Positions 53,399 to 61,869 of a DNA stretch of 64,000 nucleotides are shown here, in pieces. Position 1 is the first letter of the stretch. Every line of letters starts with the position of its first letter. The notes below the pieces were generated by a model. That model was given only the letters and a program-made list of their open reading frames with translations, was not told the origin of the DNA and searched no databases. A program made the translations under genes and the position numbers. Source of the stretch: Candidatus Fervidifonticultor quintus (GTDB lineage Bacteria; Sysuimicrobiota; Sysuimicrobiia; Sysuimicrobiales; Humicultoraceae); contig JAVKIJ010000004.1 of the NCBI GenBank assembly GCA_031459535.1, positions 79 to 64,078 on the forward strand, in the 5' to 3' direction.

Positions 53399-53944
53399 CT
53401 ATGGAAGCAGGTCGCTGACGGCGATCCGAACCGTCGGGGCGGCCAGCGGCGCGATGCTGTCTCCTGCGGCCAGACGCATCGTGGCTCGGTAGGCAGATTC
53501 GTGGGGTTCCCGGTAGATCTCCAGGACGCGGTCAACAAGGTTGAGGAGCCAATATTCGGGGATGCGCGCGCGGGCGTACATCGCCTGCTTGCGGGTGCGG
53601 TCAAAGTCCAGCGTGGTGTCGGCGACTTCCATCACGAGGACGGCCGTGGCAGGATGGCGATCGGCGCGAGTTCTCGGGGGACCCGCGACCACGGCCAGGT
53701 CGGGCTCAGGCTCGGACTCCGCCCCAAGCGCCAGGGGCAGTTGGACGCGGACGCTGTACTCCGGAGCCAGCGCGCCGAGCGCGCTCTGCGCCAGTTCGAC
53801 GGCGGCCGCGTGCAGCGCGCTCTGGGGTGTCATCTCGACGATCTCTCCGCAAACGAGCTGGACGCGGGCTCCCGGAGGAAAGGCGCGGGCGGCAACCAGC
53901 CGCTCGTACTCCTCCCGGGTCCACAGCTTTGTGCGCACACCCAT
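53399..53944 (-). CDS. Uma2-family (DUF820) putative endonuclease
   Basis: WTREEYERLVAARAF...PDLAVV...VMEVADTTLDFDRTRKQAMYARARIPEYWLLNL matches the Uma2 PD-(D/E)xK pattern. GGGAGAGG SD. Confidence 0.85.
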   Translation of the reverse strand: MGVRTKLWTREEYERLVAARAFPPGARVQLVCGEIVEMTPQSALHAAAVELAQSALGALAPEYSVRVQLPLALGAESEPEPDLAVVAGPPRTRADRHPATAVLVMEVADTTLDFDRTRKQAMYARARIPEYWLLNLVDRVLEIYREPHESAYRATMRLAAGDSIAPLAAPTVRIAVSDLLP

Positions 53945-55424
53945 GGCGCCTCTCCCTGACGCCTATCATACCCGAAACACACTCGCGTGGGCCACCGCGA
54001 CCGTCGCCGCCGGCCTGGCGCTGGGCCTGTTCGCCGGCGCGGCCGCGCACTCAAGCGCCGGCGCACACCCCGGCGCCCCCGCGCCCCGTCCCAACGCCGT
54101 GCTCGCCGCCGATCACTGGGCCTACCCGGCCCTCTACAGGCTGGCCGCCGCCGGGCTGGCACCTCTGTGGGCGGCCTCGGCCCGACCGCTGCCTCGGCTC
54201 GAGGTCGCGCGCATGGTGGCCGAAGCGCTCGAGCGCGCGGCGCAGTCCCAAACTGCTGGCGCGCCACGCCGGGACTTCCTGCAGGCCGACCTGGCCGCGC
54301 TGCGCGACGAGTTCGCCGCCGAGCTGCGCCTGCTCGAGGAGGCGCGCGCCGGCCGGCAGCCCTCCGGTGCGGTGGGCGCGGCTCTGGGCGCCGCCGGCAC
54401 GGTACGCGCGGCCGGCGGCACCGCCCCGCACTTCGTGCGACACGAGAGCAGCGGGTTCGATCTCGACCGCGCCTACCTTGGTGCGCGCGCTGGTGACGTC
54501 GCCGTCCAGGCGGGCCGCGATCTCCTCTGGTGGGGGCCGGCCTTCCGAGGCGCGTTCCTGCTCTCCGACAACGCCGGGCCGCTCGACTACCTGAGCCTGT
54601 CGGCGACCTCCGGCCGGTTCCGCATGGTCAAGCTGGTCGCGCCGCTGGCCGACCCCGAACGGTACCTCTACGGACTGCGCGTGGACTGGCAGGCGCGCGA
54701 CGACCTGCGGATCGGCTTCGGCGAGGTGATGGCGGCCTCCGGCGGGCCCTCGGTGCTCTATGCGCTGAACGTCGTTCCAGGCATCGCCTATGCCATCGCC
54801 CACTATGTGCGCACCGGCTCCAACGACAACTACAGCTTCGCCCTCGACGCCGACTGGCGACCGCGGCCCGGGACGCTGTTCTACGGCGAGCTGTACGTGG
54901 ACGACCTGGCCGTCTTCGACCCCTACAACCCCTTCCCGCACCGCATCGCGGGTACCGTCGGCCTGTACCTGGCCGACCCGTTCGGCGACGGCCGCACCAG
55001 CCTGCGCTTCGAACACAGCCGGGCGAGCAACTGGATCTACGCGGCGCCCGCGCCGGGAGCGCACACCCTCCGCGGGGCCCGGGCGGTCGGCCACTGGTGC
55101 GCGCCCGACTGCGAGTTGTGGTCGGCGGCGATGATCCGGCAGCTGTCCCCGCGCTCCGGCGTGCTGGTCGGTTACGACCTGATCCGCAAGGGCGAGGGCC
55201 GGCTGGGTGAGACCTGGACTGACCCCGACGACGCGTGGCGGCGCTACTACCTGTCCGGTGTCGTCGAGACCACGCACGCCCTGCGCGCTGCGGCCTGGTG
55301 GTCCGCGGGCGACCTGCGCGCGACCCTGACCGCGGTCTGGAGTACCGCGTCCAACGCGGGGCACGTCGCCCGCGCGACGCGTCAGGGTTGGTTCGTTCTG
55401 TGGGAGGCGACCTATGGGTTCTGA
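53943..55424 (+). CDS. Wzi-like capsule-assembly / outer-membrane beta-barrel protein (putative)
   Basis: Signal peptide TLAWATATVAAGLALGLFAGAAAHS. LLWWGPAFRGAFLLSDNAGPLDYLSL resembles the Wzi family. Alternating beta-strand pattern and terminal aromatic (YGF). The start shares CCATGG with the divergent Uma2 start. Confidence 0.5.
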   Translation: MAPLPDAYHTRNTLAWATATVAAGLALGLFAGAAAHSSAGAHPGAPAPRPNAVLAADHWAYPALYRLAAAGLAPLWAASARPLPRLEVARMVAEALERAAQSQTAGAPRRDFLQADLAALRDEFAAELRLLEEARAGRQPSGAVGAALGAAGTVRAAGGTAPHFVRHESSGFDLDRAYLGARAGDVAVQAGRDLLWWGPAFRGAFLLSDNAGPLDYLSLSATSGRFRMVKLVAPLADPERYLYGLRVDWQARDDLRIGFGEVMAASGGPSVLYALNVVPGIAYAIAHYVRTGSNDNYSFALDADWRPRPGTLFYGELYVDDLAVFDPYNPFPHRIAGTVGLYLADPFGDGRTSLRFEHSRASNWIYAAPAPGAHTLRGARAVGHWCAPDCELWSAAMIRQLSPRSGVLVGYDLIRKGEGRLGETWTDPDDAWRRYYLSGVVETTHALRAAAWWSAGDLRATLTAVWSTASNAGHVARATRQGWFVLWEATYGF

Positions 55425-57633
55425 CCGCACCGACGTCGAGCGGCTCGGCGGGCCACCGGCCCCCCAGCCCGAGGCCGAGCCCGGCCTGCGCGACTACCTG
55501 GACGTGCTGCGCCGGCGCTGGTGGCTGCTGGTGGTCACCACCGGCGTGGCGTTCTCGGTGGCGCTGGGCCTGAGCCTGGGTATGGCGCCGGTCTACCGCG
55601 GCCAGGCCACCGTGGTGGTCGACCGCAGCGGCTCGTCGTTCGCCATGACCGCCGACCTGACGGGCATCAGTCAGCAGGCCTTCGTGGACACCCTGGCCGA
55701 GCTGGTCAAGAGCCGGGCCGTGGCCGAGCAGGCCCTCGAGCGTCTGGGTGTCCCCGCGGAGGCCCGGCCCGCCGTGCTGCGCACGCTCCAGGCCGGGCTG
55801 CGGGTGCGCCGCGTGCGCAACGCCGACCTCATCGTCATCGAGGCCGAAGGCGCCACGCCCCAGGACGCGGCCCTCTACACCAACGCCGTGGCCGAGGCCC
55901 TGCTCGACTGGCACGTGGAATCGCGCCGCAAGCAGGCCGCAGCCGGCCGACAGTTCATCGAGGGCCAGGTCGAGGCCGTGGGCCGCGAGCTGCGCGCCGC
56001 TGAGGACGCGCTGGCCCGCTACAAGGTAGGGGCCGGGCAGGTCTCGCTGTCGGAGCAGAGCACGCTGGCGGTGACCAAGCTGGCCGAGTTCGAAGCGCAG
56101 CGGCGCGCGGTGGCTACCGAGCGCCGGGGGGTCGAAGCCAGTCTGCGCGAAGCCCGCGCGGCGCTGGTGCGTCAGGCGCCCACCGTGCCCGCGTCGTTTG
56201 TCGAGGGTGAAGACCCCGTGGTCGCCCAGGTCCGCGGCGACCTGGCGAGGCTCGAGCTGGAGCTGGTGGGCCTGCAGCGCCAGTTCACCGACCGGCACCC
56301 GCAGGTGCTCGCGACCCGGGCGCGCATCGAAGAGGCCAAGGCCCGCCTGCGCCGGCAGGCCGGCCGCACGCTGCTCTCGCAGGAGTTCGCGGCCAATCCG
56401 CTGCGCTCCGACCTGGCCGGCCAGATCATCAAACTCGAGGTCGAGCGCCAGGCGCTGCAGGCGCGCGAGGCCGCGCTGGCCGCGGTGGTGGGCCAGTACG
56501 CCCGCGACGTCCGCGACCTGCCGCCCCGCGAGGTGGCCCTGGCGCGCCTGACCCGCGACCTCAAGGTGGCCGAGGAGACCTACCTCCTGCTCTCGCAGAA
56601 ACTGCAAGAAGCCCGCATTGCCGAGTCGTCCGTGGTGGGCGACCTGCGCATCGTTGACCGCGCGGCGCCACCCGAGGTGCCGGTGCGGCCGCGGCCCGTG
56701 CGCAACATGCTGTTCGGCGCGCTGCTGGGTTTGGTCGTGGGGCTGGGAGGCGCGTTCCTGGCCGAGGCGCTCGACGACACGTTCCGCACGCCCGACGAGG
56801 CGGCGCAGTTGCTGGGCCTACCGCTGCTGGCCGCGATCCCGCGCACGAACCCACCTCCGGCCGAGGCGTCAACCAATAACGCCCGTCCGGGCCGCGGCAA
56901 CGGCCGGCGAACCAGGGGCGGCGGTCAGGCCGCGGCGATGCCGCTCATGACCGCCGAGCACCGCCGCTCGCCGTTCGCCGAGGCCTTCCGCCACCTGCGT
57001 ACCAACCTCGACTACCTGAGCCCCGACCGGCCGCTGCGGACGGTGCTCGTCACCAGCACCGGCCCCGAGGAAGGCAAGAGCACCGTCACCGCCAACCTGG
57101 CTGCGGCTCTGGCGCTGGCTGGCCGCCGCGTGTGGGTGGTCGAGGCCGACCTGCGCAAGCCCGCGATGTCCTGGGCGTTCCAGCCTGCGGGTACCCGCGG
57201 GCTCTCCGACCTGCTGATCGTAGGGGCCGACCCCGCCGCCGCACTCGCCCCCACGCAGATCGAGAACCTGTCGTTCGTCCCCGCCGGCACCCCGCCGCCC
57301 GACCCCGCGGAGCTGCTCGGCAGCCAGCGCATGCGGGCGTTCCTGGCCGCCGCCCGCGAGCAGGCCGACGCCGTGATCGTGGATGCGACTCCCGTGCTGC
57401 CGGTGACCGACGCCGTGGCCCTGGCCCCGCACGTGGACGGGGTGCTGCTGGTGGTCGACCTCGCTCGCACGCCCCGCGACGCCGCCCGCCGCGCCGCCGC
57501 GCAGTTGCGGGCCGTGGGCGCGAGGGTGGCGGGGGTGGTCGTGAACAACGTGCCGGCCAACGGGCGGGGGTATTACTACTACCGCTACTACCCGTACGCG
57601 CGCGAAGAAGCGGTGGCCGGTGCGGACGGTTGA
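55414..57633 (+). CDS. wzc: polysaccharide co-polymerase with C-terminal BY-kinase (Wzc/GumC-like, PCP-2a)
   Basis: Wzz-like N-terminus, long coiled-coil region, second TM, Walker A STGPEEGKST, A' VWVVEADLRKP, B VIVDATPVLPVTD, and a C-terminal Tyr cluster GRGYYYYRYYPY. Confidence 0.9.
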   Translation: MGSDRTDVERLGGPPAPQPEAEPGLRDYLDVLRRRWWLLVVTTGVAFSVALGLSLGMAPVYRGQATVVVDRSGSSFAMTADLTGISQQAFVDTLAELVKSRAVAEQALERLGVPAEARPAVLRTLQAGLRVRRVRNADLIVIEAEGATPQDAALYTNAVAEALLDWHVESRRKQAAAGRQFIEGQVEAVGRELRAAEDALARYKVGAGQVSLSEQSTLAVTKLAEFEAQRRAVATERRGVEASLREARAALVRQAPTVPASFVEGEDPVVAQVRGDLARLELELVGLQRQFTDRHPQVLATRARIEEAKARLRRQAGRTLLSQEFAANPLRSDLAGQIIKLEVERQALQAREAALAAVVGQYARDVRDLPPREVALARLTRDLKVAEETYLLLSQKLQEARIAESSVVGDLRIVDRAAPPEVPVRPRPVRNMLFGALLGLVVGLGGAFLAEALDDTFRTPDEAAQLLGLPLLAAIPRTNPPPAEASTNNARPGRGNGRRTRGGGQAAAMPLMTAEHRRSPFAEAFRHLRTNLDYLSPDRPLRTVLVTSTGPEEGKSTVTANLAAALALAGRRVWVVEADLRKPAMSWAFQPAGTRGLSDLLIVGADPAAALAPTQIENLSFVPAGTPPPDPAELLGSQRMRAFLAAAREQADAVIVDATPVLPVTDAVALAPHVDGVLLVVDLARTPRDAARRAAAQLRAVGARVAGVVVNNVPANGRGYYYYRYYPYAREEAVAGADG

Positions 57634-57639
57634 GGTGCG

Positions 57640-57887
57640 ATGGTTACCCTGCCGCTGACCCGTTCAGCTGGTCACCGAGGGAGGCCGGAGGGTCAACCTT
57701 CCCAGGCCCTGCGCGAGCTGTGGGCGTTCCGCCACACCGTGCTGGCCTTCGCCGAGCGGGACGTGCGGCTCAAGTACAAGCAGACGGTCCTCGGCGTGGC
57801 CTGGGCCGTTATCCAACCGCTGGCCTTCATGGACATCTCCTTGCTGACGTTCGGACGGCTGGCCAAGCTGCCGGGAGGCGGGGTGCC
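57640..57887 (+). pseudogene. 5' stub of an ABC-2 (Wzm-type) permease gene
   Basis: Coupled to wzc (TGA 57631, GAGG, ATG 57640). ALRELWAFRHTVLAFAERDVRLKYKQTVLGVAWAVIQPLAFM matches the N-terminus of the intact wzm at 58860. Homology ends at 57887. Confidence 0.75.
57703..57887 (+). repeat. direct repeat copy 1 (wzm 5' region)
   Basis: Gapless alignment to 58938-59122, 151/185 identical by hand count. Confidence 0.85.
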
Positions 57888-57957
57888 AAAGGCCGATGGA
57901 CGTGGGAGGGTAGACCTCAAAGTCAAGGGCGTGTCGCGGCGGCTGCGTAGGCGGTTG

Positions 57958-58302
57958 CTACAGGAAATCCACCGCGTAGGCGGGAAGCCCTGCCGGTTGC
58001 TCCGCCGCGTAGGCCGCCAGGGCCTCGGCGATCGGCGCGAACCGGTCCGCAGGCAGTGTGTAGGGCACAATGAGCACGCCGAAGTGGGGACGCCGGTCGT
58101 TGAAAAACTGAATCGTGAGGCGGATGAAATCGTCACGATTTCGCGTGACAAGACACCGGCCGTCCCGGGCGGCGCGTTCGAGTTGCTCGTGGTCGGAAAG
58201 TCCCTCCGCCCCGACCTCATGCGCACTGACGGCATCCGCGCCGTGAGCGCGCAGCAGCTCGGCTATCCGCTGGCTGAGGTCTTCGTCGAGGTAGTATTTC
58301 AA
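57958..58302 (-). CDS. DUF5615-family (PIN-like/Mut7-C-like) putative toxin
   Basis: [28 protein letters not shown]...LVTRNRDDF is typical of DUF5615. The TTG start overlaps the antitoxin stop (TTGA). Confidence 0.8.
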   Translation of the reverse strand: MKYYLDEDLSQRIAELLRAHGADAVSAHEVGAEGLSDHEQLERAARDGRCLVTRNRDDFIRLTIQFFNDRRPHFGVLIVPYTLPADRFAPIAEALAAYAAEQPAGLPAYAVDFL

Positions 58303-58718
58303 CGGCCTTCGGCGGCCAGCGAGGGGTGGCGTTCGGCGAGTCCTTGCGGGCTCCAGGAGTCGTTGCGGGCGATCAGCCGGTCGATCTCCTCCTTATACGC
58401 GGCGTAGTAGCCGAACGCCGCCCGCAGGTGGGCTTCCGAGAGCCAGTGGTAGGTCTGGCGCAGGCGGCCGCGGTCCCGGTCGAGGCTTTTGTAGGTGGCG
58501 ATGATCTCCCAGACATCGAGGCCGGTGCCGGCCACGCGGGCCCGCCGCCCGAAGGGTCCGTCGGCAAAGAAAATCCCGGGGCACCGCCGCATCTTGACAG
58601 CCTCCACGAGCAGCTCGTTGGCGACGGAAGAGAAGTCGCGCCCCGTCGCCTCGGCCAGGGATTGGATCTCCCTGGCGACGTCGCCGGGAATGCGCAGGCT
58701 CTTCTGCACTGTGGGCAT
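58299..58718 (-). CDS. DUF433-domain putative antitoxin with an RHH-like N-terminus
   Basis: ATG 58718 after [33 protein letters not shown] is the DUF433 core. The N-terminal [31 protein letters not shown] is ribbon-helix-helix-like. Confidence 0.8.
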   Translation of the reverse strand: MPTVQKSLRIPGDVAREIQSLAEATGRDFSSVANELLVEAVKMRRCPGIFFADGPFGRRARVAGTGLDVWEIIATYKSLDRDRGRLRQTYHWLSEAHLRAAFGYYAAYKEEIDRLIARNDSWSPQGLAERHPSLAAEGR

Positions 58719-58753
58719 CGATGTCGCTCCTTTTGTGCGATGTCCGCAATTGT

Positions 58754-58782
58754 AGAATACGGTGGAACGCATTGTAAGTCAA
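58754..58782 (-). promoter_or_regulatory. TA-module promoter (TTGACT-17-TATTCT) with flanking AACGCAT direct repeats
   Basis: Reverse strand reads TTGACT (58782-58777), a 17-nt spacer, then TATTCT (58759-58754). AACGCAT occurs at 58766-58772 and 58781-58787 (+ strand), overlapping the -35. Confidence 0.45.
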
Positions 58783-58859
58783 CGCATGGGATTGTCTCTC
58801 GAACGATTACTCGAAAATATTGGCGTAACAATATCAGCCCTGCATGAGGTGGAAGCGCG

Positions 58860-59717
58860 GTGGGCGCCGACGGAACCGCCCTGCAGGTAACCAAACTCGA
58901 ACTCGTCATCGAGGGCGGCCCACGTCCCCGCCTGGGGCAAGCCCTGCGGGAACTGTGGGCGTTCCGCCACACCGTCCTGGCCTTCGCCGAGCGCGACGTG
59001 CGCGTGAAGTACAAGCAGACCGTCCTGGGCGTGCTGTGGGCCATTCTCCAACCCCTGGCTTTCATGGTGATCTTCTCCGTGGCCTTTGGGCGCCTGGCCA
59101 AAGTGCCGGGCGGCGGTGCCCCCTACGCGGCGTTCTCGCTGTCCGTCCTGGTCCCCTGGACGTTCCTGCAAACGGCGGTGACCTTCGGCGCCAACTCCCT
59201 GCTGATGGATTCCGCCATCATCCGGAAGGTTTACCTTCCGCGGGAGGTGCCGGTCCTGGGCGCGGTCGCCCACGCGGGGGTGGACCTCGCCATTGGCGTC
59301 GGTCTCTTCGCCCTCCTGGCGCCGGTGGTCGGGGCGCGCTTCTCGCCCACCTGGCTGCTGGTCCCGATCCTGGCCGTGCTGCTAGGGCTGCTGGCGGTCG
59401 CGGTGGCTCTGCCGCTGGCCGCCCTCAACGTCTACTACCGGGACTTCCGCTACGCGCTGCCGTTTGCGCTGCAACTGTGGCTGTTTGCCTCGCCGGTCGC
59501 CTACCCGCTGTCCGTCGTGCCCGCGCCGTGGCGCGAGCTCTACGTGACGCTGAACCCGGCCGCCGGCCTCCTGGACGCCTTCCGGCGGGTGCTGGCGATG
59601 GGGGCGTGGCCCGACCCGGGCCTGCTGGCGGTCAGCCTGGCGGGCACGGCGGTGCTTCTGTGGGCCGGCTACTGGATCTTCAAGGGCCTCGAGCCGAACT
59701 TCGCCGACGTGGTGTAG
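58860..59717 (+). CDS. wzm: ABC-2 type polysaccharide export permease
   Basis: 285 aa, 6 TM, conserved N-terminal ELW.FR.....A.RD...KYKQTVLG..W....P motif of Wzm/TagG/KpsM-like permeases. Confidence 0.88.
   Translation: MGADGTALQVTKLELVIEGGPRPRLGQALRELWAFRHTVLAFAERDVRVKYKQTVLGVLWAILQPLAFMVIFSVAFGRLAKVPGGGAPYAAFSLSVLVPWTFLQTAVTFGANSLLMDSAIIRKVYLPREVPVLGAVAHAGVDLAIGVGLFALLAPVVGARFSPTWLLVPILAVLLGLLAVAVALPLAALNVYYRDFRYALPFALQLWLFASPVAYPLSVVPAPWRELYVTLNPAAGLLDAFRRVLAMGAWPDPGLLAVSLAGTAVLLWAGYWIFKGLEPNFADVV
58938..59122 (+). repeat. direct repeat copy 2 (inside the intact wzm)
   Basis: See copy 1. 16 of the 27 differing codons are synonymous by hand count. Confidence 0.85.
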
Positions 59718-59720
59718 GCC

Positions 59721-60977
59721 GTGGCCTACGCGGTGCGCCTTGAAGAGGTCACCAAACGGTACAGCGGGGGCGGCCCGCGCTACGCCTCGCTGCGCCACGA
59801 ACTCTCCGAAGGTGTCCGGCGCCTGGCGGCGCGGTTGCGCGGGCTCAGGCCCGAGCCCCGAGGCACGCTCGCCCTGGACAGGGTTTCCTTCGAGGTGGAA
59901 GAGGGGGAGGCCTTCGCCATCATCGGCCCCAACGGGGCGGGTAAGACCACCGCCCTCAAGCTCGTCTCCCGGATCAGCTACCCAACCGGGGGCCGGGTTC
60001 GGGTCCGGGGAAGGGTGGCGGCCCTCATCGAGGTCGGCTCTGGCGTCCACCCCGAACTCACCGCGAGGGAGAACATCTGGCTCTACGGCCAGATCCTGGG
60101 GATGAGTCGGGCGGAGATCCGCCGGCGGTTCGACGAGATCGTGGAGTTCGCCGAACTCGCCCACGTCCTGGACACGCCGGTGAAGATGTACTCCTCGGGG
60201 ATGCAGCTTCGCCTGGGCTTCGCTATCGCGAGCCACCTGGAGCCCGACATCTTCGTGGTGGACGAAGCCCTGGCTGTGGGCGACGCTGGCTTCCAGGCCA
60301 AGTGCGTGGAGCGGATGACGAAGCTGGTGGGGGAGGGGAGAACCTTGCTTTTCGTATCCCACAACCTCTCGGCGGTCGAAGCCGTCTGCACTCGAGGGCT
60401 GTTCCTGCTCGACGGACAGGTTCGAAAGGTGGGCAGAGTTCGGCAAGCGCTGCGTGCCTACATGAATTGGGTGGACGCGGAGCATCAGGCGCGCCTGGGA
60501 GAGGAGATCGCAGTGCGACCCTCCACTCTCCTCCACTTTGAAGGCATCTGCTGTTATGGCGCCGACGGAGGCGAACGCTACGCGTTTCGCACCGGCGAGG
60601 ACGTTGAGCTTCGCCTCCGCTTCAGGCCTCTCGCTCCTCTACGACGCCCATATGTAAGCCTGGGCATCACTGACGGACGCCCCGGGAACCTGATCCTGTG
60701 CTCAATGCTTGTGGACGGAGGAGCTCCAGAGTGTGTTGAGGACCCCTTCGAGGCCCGGCTCAAAATGCGGAGCCTCCCGCTCCTGCCCCGTGTGTACCAG
60801 CTCTGGTGCTCTGTTCGGACGGAGCATGCGTTTGGAGACGTGTTCGACTGGCAACCTGTGGGCACTTTCCGCGTGACCGAGCCGCCATCACTCTCCGGTC
60901 CGGCGGCTGTTGCGCACACGTCGACGGATGGTCCCGTACATGTGGACCACTACTGGGAGGTCGTCCCGTGCCGGTAG
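59721..60977 (+). CDS. wzt: polysaccharide ABC exporter ATP-binding protein with a C-terminal glycan-binding-type domain
   Basis: Walker A GPNGAGKTT, signature YSSGMQLRL, Walker B IFVVDEA. An extra ~170-aa beta-rich C-terminal domain sits in the position of Wzt_C. Confidence 0.9.
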   Translation: MAYAVRLEEVTKRYSGGGPRYASLRHELSEGVRRLAARLRGLRPEPRGTLALDRVSFEVEEGEAFAIIGPNGAGKTTALKLVSRISYPTGGRVRVRGRVAALIEVGSGVHPELTARENIWLYGQILGMSRAEIRRRFDEIVEFAELAHVLDTPVKMYSSGMQLRLGFAIASHLEPDIFVVDEALAVGDAGFQAKCVERMTKLVGEGRTLLFVSHNLSAVEAVCTRGLFLLDGQVRKVGRVRQALRAYMNWVDAEHQARLGEEIAVRPSTLLHFEGICCYGADGGERYAFRTGEDVELRLRFRPLAPLRRPYVSLGITDGRPGNLILCSMLVDGGAPECVEDPFEARLKMRSLPLLPRVYQLWCSVRTEHAFGDVFDWQPVGTFRVTEPPSLSGPAAVAHTSTDGPVHVDHYWEVVPCR

Positions 60978-61798
60978 CGCCACCGGATACCCCCCCGAGG
61001 TTAGACCCTGTCTTTCTGACGGAAGACGACTTGGAGGATCTGGCATCTTTCACAGGATTGAGTCGCGACGCCTGCCTGGAGCGAGTGCGCGCGTTCTCAA
61101 GCGAGGAATTGGCCGAGGCCTGGCGGAGAGCCGACCCGAAGACGCCCGAGGAGATTGTCACCTTCTATGGTTCAACCGATCTCTACATCTGGGAACTCAT
61201 GCAGTGGCATGCGAGCCCGGCACGTCTTCCCTACTGGCAGGCACTCTCGAGACTCGTCCACCACTGGCCAGCGCAGGCCGGGTGGCGCCGCGTGCTGGAC
61301 TTTGGTTGCGGGGTGGGGACCGACGCCCTGTACCTTGCGACGCAGGGGTACGACGTGACCCTGGTAGACGTTCCAGGTCCCACCTTCGAGTTCGCCAAGC
61401 ATCGATTTCGACGCCGGGGCCTTTCGGCCCGGTTCATCGAGTCTCGCTCTCCGCTCTTCTTGCCAGACAGAGTCTACGATGTTGTGGTCTGCTTTGACGT
61501 CTTTGAACATCTTCCCGACCCTCTTACGGTGGCTCGAAAGCTTGTGGATTCATTGCGGATCGGAGGCCTGATGTTGCAGCAAGGAAACTTCGGAGACGAA
61601 GGGCACCACCCGTGCCACCTTCGCAGTGGGATCAAGCAGTTTGGCGGATTGCGCTGGCAGATCCATCTCGCGGGGCTGGGTCTACGCGGTGCAGACGGCG
61701 CCATGGTCTACCGGAAGGCAAGTGGAGTAGAGCGTCTCACTCAGCGGGCCCGGTTTATCGTGTGGCGTGGCACGCGATTGTGGATCATACGAACATGA
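60968..61798 (+). CDS. class I SAM-dependent methyltransferase
   Basis: GTG 60968 chosen. RVLDFGCGVGTDALYLATQGYDVTLVD motif I and DVVVCFDVFEHL motif. The region is lower in GC. Confidence 0.8.
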   Translation: MPVAPPDTPPRLDPVFLTEDDLEDLASFTGLSRDACLERVRAFSSEELAEAWRRADPKTPEEIVTFYGSTDLYIWELMQWHASPARLPYWQALSRLVHHWPAQAGWRRVLDFGCGVGTDALYLATQGYDVTLVDVPGPTFEFAKHRFRRRGLSARFIESRSPLFLPDRVYDVVVCFDVFEHLPDPLTVARKLVDSLRIGGLMLQQGNFGDEGHHPCHLRSGIKQFGGLRWQIHLAGLGLRGADGAMVYRKASGVERLTQRARFIVWRGTRLWIIRT

Positions 61799-61869
61799 CG
61801 GAAAGCCTTTCTCTCGTTTCAATCGTCGTACCCACCCGCAAGCGCGCGATCTTACTCCGTGATCCCTGA
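61795..61869 (+). pseudogene. 24-codon stub of a GT2 glycosyltransferase gene
   Basis: ATGA-coupled to the methyltransferase. MTESLSLVSIVVPTRKRAILL is a canonical GT2 N-terminus but is stopped after 24 codons, followed by ~180 nt of non-coding DNA. Confidence 0.5.

Noticed and set aside
54628-56607. 659-aa minus-strand ORF antisense to the Wzi-like and Wzc genes
   Set aside because: No motifs and an extreme Arg/Gly/Pro bias. The opposite strand carries unmistakable Wzc features (Walker motifs, Tyr cluster).
57888-58407. Continuation of the wzm-stub ORF (track ORF 57640-58407)
   Set aside because: Homology to wzm ends at 57887. The remainder is antisense to the DUF5615 toxin gene and stays open only by chance.
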